From positions 11,966,001-12,030,000 of the forward strand of contig JBHGNT010000018.1 in NCBI GenBank assembly GCA_043228905.1: a DNA stretch of 64,000 nucleotides, in the 5' to 3' direction. Both the position numbers and the translations under genes were made by a program. Shown here one piece after another: positions 10,440-23,795 of this stretch (the first letter of the stretch is position 1; every line of letters begins with the position of its first letter). This DNA is from Azolla caroliniana. Its lineage: Eukaryota > Plantae > Polypodiophyta. The notes under the pieces are model-generated. The model was not told where the DNA came from. It saw only the letters and a program-made list of their open reading frames with translations, and searched no databases.

Positions 10440-13387
10440 GTGGTTGACAACCCCAACCGGATGCAAGCTGCTGCTGAAGGATGTCTGACACGTTCCGGAG
10501 GTCTGACTAAACCTGATATCAGCCGGTCGACTAGATGATGAAGGCTACACGGGTAGCATCCGGAACGGTGTTATGAAATTCAGCAAAGGGAGCTTGATAG
10601 TGGTTCGGGACCGGAAGGTCAACACGTTGTACCTGATGAATGCCCGGTTATGCCCGGAAGAAGTGAACGTGGCTTCCGACACTGCCGGTGAGCTGTGGCA
10701 CAAGAGGCTGTGTCACATGAGTGAGAAGGGGATGAAGAGGCTTGCAGACGACAACCTCATTCCAGTGAAGAACGTGCACTTGGAGAAGTGCACTGATTGT
10801 CTGGCCAGTAAGCAAAACCGGACCTCCTTCCGATCAAAGCCACCTATGAGACGTAATGCACCATTGGAGTTGGTGCATACTGATGTGTGTCAAGTGGACA
10901 CGAAGTCACATGCCGGATCGCAGTACTTTGTGACGTTCATAGATGACCACAGCCGGAAGCTGTGGGCCACACCGTTGAAGACAAAGGATGAGGTGCTATC
11001 CGTCTTCAAAGAGCTCCACGCGAGAGTGGAAAGAGAAACCGGCCGGAAGCTGAAGGCGGTTCGAGGAGATAACAGGGGTGAATACCGGGGGCAGTTTGAG
11101 GAGTACTGTCGCTCGAAGGGAATCCGGCTCGAATTTACCGTGCCGAAGACGCCGGAACTAAACGGGCTGGCCGTGAGGATGAACCAGACCATAATGGAGA
11201 GGGTCTGGAGTATGCTGGCGCATGCAAAAGTACCCAAGAAGTTTTGGTCTGAGGCACTGTCGACGGTGACATATGTGATAAACAGATCACCCTCAGTACC
11301 CTTGGATGGAGATACGCCACAGAGAGTCTGGACCGGTAAGGAAGTGTCCTACTGGCATCTGAAGGTATTCGGGTGTCTCTTGTACGTGCATGTTGCTAAG
11401 GACCGGAGAGGAAAGTTGGATCCAAAGACCCGGCCATGCATATTCCTCGGATACGTCAATGATGAGTTTGGCTACTGAGTGTGGGATCCGGTTGACAAGA
11501 AGGTATTCCGGAGTCGAGATATTATCTTCATGGAGGACAAGACGCTCGCCGACTGGGAGTCGGAGAAGAAGATAATGAACTCCGAGTCGACCGATAAGGA
11601 TCGATTCTACGATGAGCAGATGCAACCGGCAAGAGACCGGTTAGCACTCGATGAACCGACTGGTGACGGTAAGGAGACAAGACAGGCCGAAGAAGAAGGA
11701 ATAGGTGAAACCGGAACCGGCTAAGACCCCGAATCGGATTCGGATGAAGATCAAATAGTGGAGCCGGTTGCCGAAGGCCAAAGACGGAGATATCCTCTCA
11801 GAGAGAGAAGGGCCCCCCGGAGATTTCCAGATGCAGAGCATGTGCTGCTGACCGATGAGGGAGAGCCGGAAAGCTTCGAAGAAGCGAAGGATGACACCCA
11901 CAGCCGCAAATGGTTAAGTGCCATGCAGGATGAGATGGATTCCCTGCATGAGAACCATACGTATGAATTGGTGGAGTTGTCGAAAGAAAAGCAGGCACTC
12001 CGAAATAAGTGGGTGTACAAGTTGAAACCGGGAGATGCCGGAAACCCCTCGAGATACAAAGCCAGGATCGTGGTGAAGGGATTCTAGCAGAAGAAGGGCG
12101 TGGACTTCGACGAGATATTTGCCCCGGTAGTAAAGATGACCTCCATCCGGTCGGTGCTGAGTATAGCGGCAAACATGGACCTCGAGGTAGAGCAGCTGGA
12201 CGTGAAGACGACATTCCTTTACACGGTGACCTCGAAGAGGAGATCTACATGTAGCAACCGGAAGGATTCGTGGAGAAAGGGAAGGAGCACCTGGTTTGCC
12301 GGTTGAAGAAGAGCCTGTACGGACTGAAGCAGGCTCCCCGACAATGGTACCGGAAGTTCGACTCCTTCATGACCGATCAAGGGTACCACAAGACGCAGGC
12401 CGATCACTGTGTGTTTGTGAAGTAGTTCGAAGGAGGTGACTTCCTGATACTCCTTGTGTACGTGGACGACATGTTGATCGTCGGACAGGACCAAGCCAAA
12501 ATACGGATGCTGAAGAAGGCTCTAAACCGAACTTTCAAAGACTTGGGTTCGACAAGACAGATGCTGGGGATGTATATCATCCGGGACCGGCCATAGAAGC
12601 AATTGTGGTTGTCAGAGGAGAAGTACGTGACAAAGGTGCTTTAGCGGTTCAACATGTCAGACGCGAAACCGGTCGGATCGACATTTTCGGCAAACTGCAG
12701 ATTATCTAGTAAGCAAAGCCTGAAGACGAAAGCAGAGAAGGCGGATATGATAAAGGTGCCATATGCCTCTGCCGTCGGGAGCTTAATGTACGCAATGGTG
12801 TGTACTCGACTGGATATTGGATACGCAGTCGGAGTGGTGAGCCGGTTTATGAGCAAACCCGGCAAGGAGCACTGGAACGCGGTCAAATGGATACTCCGGT
12901 ACTTGAAGGGCACTTCGAATATGTGTCTCCAATTCGGCTCCGGTAAACCTCAACTTGACGGTCTACATCCGGGTATGTAATGACATATGCGGGGGGAGCT
13001 ATTTCGTGGCAGTTGAGGCTGCAGAAGACAGTTGCGTTGTCAACCACGGAGGCGGAGTATATGGCGGTTGTGGAAGCCGACAAGGAAATATTATGGATGA
13101 AGGACTTCATCGGAGAGCTCGGTATCCGGTAAGATGAATACCGGCTCTATTGTGACAGTCAAAGTGCCATCCACCTTGCTAAGAACGCAGCGTACCATTC
13201 CAGGACGAAGCACATCCAACGTAGGTATCACTAGATCCGGGAGCGAGTAGAAGATCGAGAGTTCGCGCTGACGAAGATCCACATGGCCGAGAACGGGTTA
13301 GATATGTTGACCAAAGTACTGATACCCGACACGCTGGATGCATGTCGGAAGCGGATTGGACTAGTAAGACATCCCATGCCGGAGTGA
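10440..13387 (+). pseudogene. pol: Copia B pol (integrase, RT, RNase H), disrupted
   Basis: LWHKRLCH and LELVHTDVC integrase motifs, QLDVKT, LYGLKQAPRQW and YVDDML RT motifs, STTEAEY and RTKHI RNase H motifs; stops, a frameshift and a small deletion near 12960. Confidence 0.93.
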
Positions 13388-13397
13388 AGGGGGAGTT

Positions 13398-14034
13398 TGT
13401 TAGGAAATAGGTCCCTCCGGATGGTAAGTGAGAACCGGATGTGGCGTACCCGGAAACGGAAGACCCGGTGAGAACCGGATGTGGAGTACCCGGCAACGGA
13501 AGACCCGGTAAGGACCGGATGTGGTGTACCCGGCAACGGAAGATCCGGTGAGAACCGGGTGTTGCAGGCCCGGTGAGAACCTCTCATCGGATGGAAGGGA
13601 CATATATGTCAATATGTTCTAGAGAGCCCACTGGGGCTATATTTGTAAATAGCCGAAAGTCATATCAATATTAATATGACCTAGGGAAAAAATGATAGAG
13701 TTGTTATTGGTGTAACCTTTGTAGAGTGCGTAATAGAGAGAGAGAGAGAGATATACAAAGATCGTGTCTCTGTTGTAACCGCCTGGTGGCGAAGCGAGGG
13801 AGCAAGAGGTTGTTGCCTCTGTGCCCCATTGTTGTATTACTTTACATAGTGATAGTTTGCAGTCTGAGGGCTGCCGTGGTTTTTCCCATATTTGGGTTTT
13901 CCACGTTAACATCCTATGTATTCTCTTTTGTTTGTTCGTGCACTTACCTCCATTCCCATTTCATTTGTGTTCGATTGTATCAAGTGATTTTCCCTTCGGT
14001 TGTTGCCAGAGATTATTCCGCTTATTTCATAACA
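13398..14034 (+). repeat. Copia B 3' LTR
   Basis: TGTTAGG...ATAACA followed by TSD AGTAC. Confidence 0.95.
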
Positions 14035-14039
14035 AGTAC

Positions 14040-16836
14040 AATAATCTGTTCCCATTGATGGCGATCAACCCTAAAGGGGCCGTGAACATAGCCGAGAAAA
14101 CCGACCCGAACTTATGGCATGGCCGACTTGGCCACATGTCTCAAGTCGGACTTGATCGGCTGATGTCGCTTGGCTACATCCCGAAACTCCAAGTGAAGAT
14201 GGACTTCTGCGAGCATTGTCGATATGGGAAACAGACCCGAAGTCCGCACTCTCTCCACTACGAGATGGTACGACAACCCATAAAGCTCGTGCACACAGAC
14301 ATATGTGGGCCCATGCCAGAGAGATCATATTCGTAGATGACTGTACACAGAAAGTTTGGGCATACTCCATAAAGTCCAAAGATGAAGTTTTCACTCAATG
14401 GATATCTGAAGTGGAGAACTGGTCGGGACATAGAGTGAAGACACACTGATCCGACAATGGAGGTGAGTACACCTCCAGAGCCTTCAAACAGTATCCAGAA
14501 AAGGGATCCGACACCAAAAGACCGTTCCCTACACAACCATGCAAAATGGAGTGGTAGAACGGATCAATAGGACGATCCAAGAGAGGGTGATGGCAATGCT
14601 CCAACAAGCTGGACTGAAGCTGGAATTCTGGGCCAAGGCATTATAGACGGGAGTGTACCTGATAAATCTAGCACCGTCAAAAGAAATCAGGCCCGAAGTG
14701 CCACATGCAAACAACCGACCTACGATAGACTTCAGCTACCGGCTATGCGACCCTGAGAACTCGAAATTGATCCGGATGTAGTCTTCAATCTTCTCTTATT
14801 GGAACCAACAGAAAACAGTTGGTAAGAAGGTATCCTTCGAAGATGACAACATTTTCGTAGAAGGACCAACCCACCGGGCCGAATCAGAGACTCGACAAAC
14901 AGTCGAACTCCAACAAGTTGACAACTTCCCTGCCGACACTCAATCGGCAACAAGTCCTATCGTTGAACTCAAAGACAACGTCATCAAAGAAACAACCAAA
15001 TTGACAAGGATTGATAAAGGCAAAGTCACAAAGAGACAAGTCAGAAAAGAGTCGACGACAACCACAGGGGAGGATAACCAAAAATCGCCGAAATCCCAAT
15101 CTGGGGGCGGCACGCCTAACAAGACTCCTAATACAGATGGTTCAACTAATACCGATCGACCAATAGAGCTGATCGAAGGATCCGAACCAAACATCTCGGC
15201 ACCTAGGAGATCTGGATGAGCTCGAAGGCAAACAAAGTTCTATCAACTAGGCCTCGACTACGTCAACTACACGGATGCAAGAGAACCAAGTACATATGAA
15301 GAAGCTATGGCAACACTGGACGCCGAAACATGGCTACAAGCCATGAAATCCGAAATGGACTTGATTAATCAGAATTAGACATGGGAGCTGGTCGAACTAC
15401 TAGCTGGAAGGAAGCCGCTACCTTGCAAATGGGTTTTCCGATACAAGTATGTATCCGACTCAGAGAAACCCAAGCACAAAGCTCGGCCTGTTGCGAAAGG
15501 ATTCAAACAGGAATACGGGGTTGAATACGAAGAGATATTCTCACCAATAGTCAAGATGAACACCCTCCGACTCCTATTAGGAGTTGTAGCGACCTCGACC
15601 TCGACCTCGATGAGATGGATGTAAAGACGGCATTCCTACATGGAGATCTGGAAGAAGACGTATACATGTCTCAACCTGTAGGCTTCATGACGATGAGGGA
15701 GAACAGTCACCTCGTATGTCGACTAAAGAAAAGTCTATATTGCCTCAAACAAGCACCGAGAATGTGGTACCAGATGTTTGACTCCTACATACGACAGATC
15801 AGACTTCGACCCATGCATGTATGTTCGACAACTGGCCGATGAGTCCAGGATCTACCTGATGCTATATGTCAATGACATGTTGATTGCAGGGAGCAATCAA
15901 GCAGAGATCGGTAAGCTGAAGCGGAGCCTTCACGCAAAGTTCATGATGGAGGAACTTGGACAAGAACAACACATACTTGGCATGAGGATAGAGCGAAATC
16001 GGACGACCAAAACTCTCTAACTCTCCCAGTCCGAATACATCCTCAAGGTGTTGAAGCGCCTTAACATGGAGAATGCGAAGCCAGCATTGGCACCGCTTTT
16101 GATGTCGATCTGACTATCAAATAGAGACTCTCCTTCGAAGGACAAGGAGAGAGAGCTTAATGGAAAGATACTCTACGCATCAGCAATAGGAAGTATCATG
16201 TACGCAATGGTGGCGACCCGACCCGACCTAGCCCATGCCGTAGGGACGGTCAACCGGTACATGTCAAACCCAGGAAAGAAGCATTGGGAGGCCATCAAGC
16301 ACATCCTTAGGTATCTGAAAGGAACCTTGGATGCACAACTTACTTTCGGACTGACAACCTCAGCCGAAGTCGAAGGCTACACCGATTCTGACTATGCTGG
16401 AAATATGGATAATCGGAAATCGACATCAGGCTACATCTTCACCTATGGTGGCGGTGCGATATGATGGAGGTCGAAACTTAAAGAGTGCACGACTCTGTCT
16501 ACCACAAAAGCTCAGTACATAGCAACATTGTAAGCAGCGAAGGAAGCGATCTGGCTGCATCAACTGACTGCCGACTTCGGAACTCCAAGCCGAAACTACT
16601 GACCAATGCCGACCAGTTATTGTGACTCATAGAACACAATACACCTCATCAACAATCCTGTGTATCATGCAAAGACGGAGCACATTGAGGTGCGGTATCA
16701 TCACATTCGGGAGCTCGTAAATGAAAAGAAACTCGAAGTCCGGAAGATTGACACCGAGGTGAACATCGCCGATTGCCTGACGAAGCCACTCCCAGATCTA
16801 TGCTTCGGAGCACTAAGGAAAAAAATGGGGCTATGA
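14040..16836 (+). pseudogene. pol: Copia A pol (integrase, RT, RNase H), disrupted
   Basis: [50 protein letters not shown]; many frameshifts and deletions. Confidence 0.92.
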
Positions 16837-17048
16837 CACGCGACCGACTAGAAGAAAGCCAAACGAGGAGCAGAAGGTAAGATCTGATCGGAACAATAAC
16901 GACACATCCTATACATTTGTTGACTCGGCTGCATGCCGACAGATTTGTAACATATAAACTTAGATCAATTTTGTAATCTAGGCTTACGGGGGTGATAAAC
17001 CCAAATACTTATACACGCAAGAAAGAGAAGTCCTTTTACGAGAGAGTG

Positions 17049-17368
17049 TGTTGGCATAAAAGGCCGACTCCTTCCAAGTTGTATCTGTCTGAGTGCGAAC
17101 TCGTCAATTAGTTAAGGCTTAGTATATAAGTGAATACCTAACATTGTATAGAGTGAAGAGTGGACGAGTGGAAGAGAGACGAAGAACTGATTCTTTGGTT
17201 CTGTGTATTGTATCTCAGAGAGAGAGTGAGAACGAAGCAATAAAGCTTTCCATTAGAGTTTGCACTGTGTAAGTCTACGCCTGCTCTATTTTTCTGTCTT
17301 CGTTGTTTGCTGTTCATAACCGACAAGAGATCCATACACGTTTCCGCAAAACACACTCGTTATCAACA
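17049..17368 (+). repeat. Copia A 3' LTR
   Basis: TGTTGG...TCAACA after a purine run; 3' part matches 1773-1922. Confidence 0.85.
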
Positions 17369-19740
17369 TGCCCCACTTACGACAGTACACATAATCAATA
17401 TGCCGCCGAGTAGGCCTCTAGGACTTCGGATACCTCAGGAATTATGGACTGGCAGTAAGCCGAATTACAACAAGTTGAGGATTTTCGGATGTGAGGCGTA
17501 TGCCCTCGTCCCAAAAGATGATCACCGCAAACTTGCACTATGGTCCAGGAAATGTATTTTCCTCGCTTATGGAATAGATGGCGAAATGGGATACTGGCTC
17601 TGGGACCCCGAACACAGATAGATCGTCCGAAGTTCAGACGTCGTGTTCAATGAGTCGGTCATGCATCAATCGGTCAAAAAGCCGATTGAAGTTCAAAGGG
17701 TCATTTTTTCCGATGTGCCAAACCTCCACGAAGGCCCAACGCACAACACACGGTCAACTTCATGGGTAGCTGAACCTTCAAACACTGACTCGGAGAATTT
17801 TGACTCGGCACAGCCGAACGATTCAGCTTTTGACCATCTGACCACGACACCGATGACTAGTCCAGTCATACATCGAAGATCCGAGAGACTGTCGCAACCC
17901 CCGGAGAGATACTCTCATGGCATCTTCTTTATGGACGCCGGAGAACCGACATGATACGAAGAAGCATCGGCGTTAGTCGATTTGGCCACCTGGCATCTGA
18001 CAATGGAGTTCGAAAAATCGACGTGCTCTTTCGTGCAAGTGGGTCTATCAAATTAAGGAGACGTCCGATTTGGCCAACCCAAAATTCAAAGCCAGATTAG
18101 TAGCAAAGGGTTTTCGACAAGAACATGTTGTCGATTTCGACAAAATCTTTTTGACAGTGGTGAAGATGACAACCATTCGATTCATGCTCGGCATAGTAGC
18201 AGCTGAAAATTTGGTGCTGATTCAGCTAGATGTCAAAATGCCTCCATGGTGATCTTGAGGAGGAAATTTATATGGAGCCGCCAAAAGGTTTTGTGGTATC
18301 CGGCCAAGAACATCTAGTTTGTTGACTTAGGAAGAGTCTTTACAGCTTGAAACAAGCGCCACGACAATGGTACAAGAAGTTCGACGACTTCATCCAATCG
18401 ATCAACTTCTCAAGGAGCAATGAGGACCATTGTCTCTTCACGAAAACAACACGAGATGGATCACCCATCTTCCTCATCATCTACGTGGACGACATGCTAA
18501 TCTATGGACGCCATGTAGGCGAACTCACTGAACTCGTTCGGCAACTACGGTTGAAGTTTTCCATGAAGGATCTCTATCCGGCATGACCTATTCTTGGTAT
18601 GAAGATCAGTTGGAATCGTAATCAACGACAACTGTTTCTATCCCAATCCGAATACATTGGACGTGTCTTAGAACGCTTCAACATGCAATCAGCAAAATCT
18701 GTCTCTACCCCGCTCCCTATTAGTACTCGACTGTCTCGGCAAGACTACCCGACATCCGGTCCAGAGGGGGAGATTATGAAGTCGGTACCGTATGCACCGG
18801 TAGTTGGCTCCCTAATGTACGCGATGGTCATGACATGGCTTGATATCGCTCACGTTGTTGGAGTCGTTAGCAAATTTATGCATAATCTCGGCCGATCGCA
18901 TTGGAACACAGTCAAGAATGTGTTTAGATATCTGGTGGGCACAAAAGACCTCGGTATTTTGTTCAGCCTGAACGACATCCCAGGCGTAGTCGGATACACC
19001 GACTTGGACATTGCAGGTTGCATAGACAGCCATAATTCGACAACCGGATATTGTTTTAAACACGGCAATGGAGCGATCTCGTGGAAATCGAAACTTCAGG
19101 AGTGCACTACCATATCAACGACCGAGGCTGAATACGTAGCCACGTCCGATGCGGCAAAAGAGGCCTTATGGCTCGGTCGGCTGGCCTGCACATTTCGATA
19201 AGCTGAAATCGGCTCGGCTCCAATTGTTTACAGTGACAATCAGGGTGTTGTTGCTCTATTGAAAAATCTGGTTCATCACAACGCCTCGAAGCATATCGAC
19301 GTTCAATATCATTTCGTTAGGGATTGTGTCATCACAGGGAAAATCGGTCTAGATAAAATATCAACAACCAATAATGTCACGGACGTTTTAACCAAGTGTC
19401 TTTCGGCGGATCGATTTCGATCCCTTAGGCAACATATGGGCGTAATGAAGAATCAGTTTTATTAAATTAGACCCTCATGATGCTCTTCAGACATCAGACT
19501 TTGGTTGTTCGGAACTCTGTATCAATCTATATTATATACTCATTTCGATTATAGATTTCGGATGTATACGCCCATTACGAAGGAATGTTGAATACGGGTC
19601 TCTAATGAACGTATTCACACTGTCTCCTTTTGTACACACTAGGCTTAGGCTATTTATGTAAATAGCGAGAAGGGTAGTTGCCCTAAGCCAGTCAATATAT
19701 AAACTGACTTTGTAACCTAGTTAGAGAGGTTGCGTTAAGT
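17369..19740 (+). mobile_element. pol: Ty1/Copia D, 3' part (integrase end, RT, RNase H to 19465; probable 3' LTR from about 19586)
   Basis: LRIFGCEAY, KARLVAKGF, YVDDML, ISWKSKLQ, SKHIDVQYHFVR; likely the host into which A inserted. Confidence 0.85.
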
Positions 19741-19766
19741 TGTGATATACTCTTGACATAATTCTC

Positions 19767-19815
<49 letters not shown>

Positions 19816-20271
19816 GAACCAAGAGAAAAGATAGAGTGGCGGAAGAATGATGGAAAGAGATCACAAGAAGAGAAGAATGAAGTGATAAGAGATGAATGAA
19901 TGTATTAATAAGATAGAACGAAGATGGATACAAGATAGGCGACGAAAGCTTAAGACTAGTGTTGATTCGAATTGGTTTGAGAAGAATTATATGTCCATAT
20001 TTATAGGTTCCTATAGCCTAGTGATTTCTAGAATGTTCTAGAATGTTCTAGACCTAGAATATTCTAAGAAGTTCTAGGATATTCTAGAATGTTCTAGACC
20101 TAGAATATTCTAAAATGTTCTAGAATGTTCCAGAACATTTACAATAGTCAGTCTATTACAAGAAGTAGCTTTTATTATTTAATATGATCATATGCTATCT
20201 TAATGGTTAGGTTCTTGATTATGTATTACAAGGTCTTGGGTTCAAGCCATGATGCTTATGTATTCATGACA
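19741..20271 (-). repeat. Element E 3' LTR with (CT)n tract and TTCTAGAATG repeats
   Basis: Begins TGTCATG on minus directly after the PPT; left boundary inferred from the terminal CA. Confidence 0.7.
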
Positions 20272-23200
20272 CTATCTCCCCTTCGAGAACGATGAGTCTT
20301 TGACAAGAGCTTGACCATTAGAAACATTATTGAAGGGTTCCCAAGTGCGATCACTCGGAGGATAGCCTACCCAATAAACCAGATAATAGAGCTTATTTCG
20401 CAGAATCTTTGAATCAAGAATAACAACTACCTTGTATTCAAGGCCATCAACAAGTTGGACAAAGGGAGGAGGTGGCACGACACAATTAGGAATGGCAGAG
20501 GTGCGACAAGGTTCCAAAAGAGATCTATGAAAGACTGGGTGAAGCTGCATGTGTGCTGGAAGATTAAGACGAAAGGTGGCATCGTTAATACGCAATGATG
20601 AGAAAAGGACCTAAGCGTTGATAATCGAGCTTCTCACATGGCCGGGTAGTCTTGATGTGACGACGAAGCAACCATACTTGGTCACCAACCTTAAAAGGAG
20701 ACTTAAGACGATGGCGATCGGCATTGGTCTTATGTTGTGCTTGAGCTGTCTGAAGATGTGAAGGGTTTCGAGCGACCTTGGGAAGATTCAAGATACACCA
20801 TCGAGGATGGTTGTCGGTGTATGCAAAGAAAGGTGTAACCTTGGTAGAAGCGTGTACTGTGTTATTGTATGCAAACTCAGCGAGATGTAGAATATTACTC
20901 CAATCATCTTGATGATAACTGATGAAGCATCAAAGATATTGCTCGAGCGTTTGATTCGTGCACTTTGTTTGTCCGTCGGTTTGTGGATGATAAGCCGAAG
21001 AGAGTTTGCAAGAGATTTTGAGGCCGAATAGTATCAACAAGGCGTGAATCCAGTGGCCTGGCATAAACTATTGTTGCTTGTAGCTTTGATGGTTCTAGTA
21101 GAATTTGCTTTTGGTTGTCGAAGGCCGGATCTCCAGGTCAAGGAGCAAGATATGAACGTCGAGATAGAGCATCTAGCTTCTCTTGTTGCTTCCTAGGGTG
21201 GAAAAAGATCTTGAAATCATAACGAGTTAGAAACTATGCCCACCGAGCTTGTCTCCTATTTAACACTCAAGCCGTTTGAAAATACGTAAGTTTTTTGTGA
21301 TCACTATAAATGATGATTTGATGAGGCGATCCTTCCAAGAAATGTCGCCATTGCTCAAAAGAGTCAATCACAACTAGTAACTCCTTGTCATGCACCTCAT
21401 AGTTTATCTCCGTAGTAGTAAATTTTCTCGAGTGAAACGCGACTGGATGGGACTGCCCGTCCTTGCCTGGTTGGGATAGGATACTCCCCAATGCAAATTT
21501 TGACACATCCACTTCAATGGTAAATGGCTTTTCGGGATCAATATGTGCTAATATAGGAGCTGATGTGAATGCCTCTTTGAGCTGAGTAAAGGATGTGTCC
21601 GCTTCAATAGTCCAAACAAACGCTTGATTCTTCTTGGTGAGTTGGTTGAGAGGCAACACGATCTTTGAATAATTCCATATGAATTTGCGATAGAGGTTAG
21701 AAAATCCAAGGAAGCATTGGATGTCTCGAACAGAACGTGGGGGTCGCCATTTCAATATTGTTTTGACTTTTGCTGGATCCATGAAGATACCGTTAGATGA
21801 AACGGTATAACCCAAGAATTCGACTTGTTCACTATCAAAACAACAATTCTCAAGTTTAGCATATAGACCATACTTTCTTAAGCGTTCAAGTACTTTTTGG
21901 ACATGTATATCATGCTCCTCCTATGTTTTAGAGTAAATCAACAGATCATCTAAATAGATTATGAGAAAGATATCCAGAAAATCCCGGAAAATGTCATTTG
22001 TCAGAGAAAGATTATGTTGGAAAACTATGCGTGCATTTGTGAGCCCAAAAGGCATGACTGTATACTCGAAATGACCATAGCTAGTGCGAAATGCCATTTT
22101 CCACTCATCTCCCGGTCGAATGCGAACAAGATTGTATGCACCCCTTAAATCAATCTTTGTAAAATGTTTTGCCCGACCAATGCTCTCTAAAAGACTGGAG
22201 AGTAAAGGAAGAGCATACCTATTTCTTATGGTGACTTTATTTAATCCCTGATAGTCCACGACCAAACGAAGCGACCCATCCTTTTTCTTCACAAAAAATA
22301 TAGGAGCACCGGTTAGAGACTTTGAATGTCGAATAAACCCATGTGCAAGATTCTCCTCGATGTATTCTAGAAGAACCTCAAGCTTAGTTGGTGACAGATT
22401 GTAGATCAGACCCCACGATGCTCTTTTCCTAGTTGGAGGTCAATGGGACAATCGTACGGCCGATGCTTTGGAAGTACACTAGCTTTGACTTTGTCTAAAA
22501 CATCAGCATATTCTTGATATTTTTCGGGAATTTTGATGTCTGAATTCCCTTGAGTGGCATTAGAAGGTGTCACTAATATTGCAAACAAGAAAAGTTCCTC
22601 CTTTCCTCCCATTTGGAACATTTGTTGCAATGTAATAGTTGAGATTTGGTGAAAAGGAGACGGTGCACTAGTAGAACTATATTCTTTAAGAGAATAGTCC
22701 TAGGTTTGATCCTTAGCAATGATGTTTTTTGCAGAAGGGCACCAAATTTCTCGCCTCCAATCAATTCGTGGGTTATGTAGCTCGAACCATGGCAAACCAA
22801 GGACAATTGGATGCTCAGGGCTACGGATTATATTAAAGGAAACTACACATCCTAAATCACCTAAGAGTATGTGTATTGGCTCAGACTCTTCGAATATCTT
22901 CCCGGAAGCTATGGGACGTTCATCAATCACTACTACAGAAATTGGGCAAGGAAGTGTATGCAAGGATATTTGATGTTTTTGGGCAAAATCTCTATCAATG
23001 AAACAAGAATTGGCTCTGGTATCTAAGAGGGCTTGGTTATGAAGTTGGCAACTCGGTGTCCTAATTTGTACTTGGGCTGAGAAGACTCTACTAACATGCT
23101 TGGATGAAATGGAACCTACACTCGGTTGTACAGAGCTAGGGTTGTCGAACCAAATGGCTCCTATTTTGGCTGGACTTATTCATTTGACTCCTCTTCTAAT

Positions 23201-23795
23201 TGGATTAGGACTTCAAACTTATTGGACAAGGGTGGATTATTCATAATATCAAAATCACTAAGTGCTTCTAAAATGTTGGACTCATTTTTCTTGTCATAGT
23301 GAATTTGATTTACCTGATGTCTCGGCCTATGGGAGCAATGAATGACTATATGTCCTGAACCTCCGCAATATAAGCACAGACGGTTTGCTCGGCGTCATTG
23401 CTTCTCTTCTTTTGACAATGGTCCTCGACATTGGGTTATATCGATCTCCATGGGCGTCGGCCTATCCATTGGGGTTGGGCTAAGTGTTTGCCTTGGGGTT
23501 GGAACAAGGCTATACGTTTGCCTTGGAGACGATTGCGCCGTTATTGATGCATAAGTTGGTGTGTATCTTGATTTTGTTATTTGTTGTTGTCGCTTACATT
23601 GACGCTCAAAAAGACGATTATCACACCGTATTGCTCGACTAATAGCTTCTTCTGTAAGTGATTTTGGATCCTTGGGGAAGGTAAGAAGTAAGTCCTTCAC
23701 ATCACTACGAAGACTGGAACGAAATTGCTCCATTAGGGCTTGTTCATCCCAAGGAATATCACTTGCGATGAGACGAAAATTAGCTGCATATGTTG
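19741..23795 (-). mobile_element. Chromoviral Ty3/Gypsy E (Tcn1-like), degenerate, 5' end missing
   Basis: Gag C-terminus 23395-23790, protease about 22700-23040, RT ([20 protein letters not shown]) 21921-22292, RNase H 21267-21815, integrase and chromodomain (YYLVYWVGYPPSDRTWEP) 20272-20595, PPT GAAGGGGAGATAG, 3' LTR about 19741-20271. Confidence 0.9.

Larger units (their letters stand above)
3803..14034 (+). mobile_element. Ty1/Copia LTR retrotransposon B, full length, degenerate, nested in A
   Basis: LTRs 3803-4440 and 13398-14034; TSD AGTAC at 3798-3802 and 14035-14039; mutated Met PBS TAGTATCAGAGC 4444-4455; purine tract 13386-13395; domain order gag-PR-INT-RT-RH. Confidence 0.95.
1773..17368 (+). 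mobile_element. Ty1/Copia LTR retrotransposon A (degenerate; hosts B and C)
   Basis: 5' LTR remnant 1773-1922 matches the 3' part of the 3' LTR 17049-17368; tRNA-Met PBS at 1925; gag-protease from 2022; integrase, RT, RNase H resume at 14040 after B. Confidence 0.9.

Noticed and set aside
19764-19812. (CT)n/(GA)n tracts here and in other LTRs as a novel feature
   Set aside because: Ordinary microsatellites that are common in plant LTRs.
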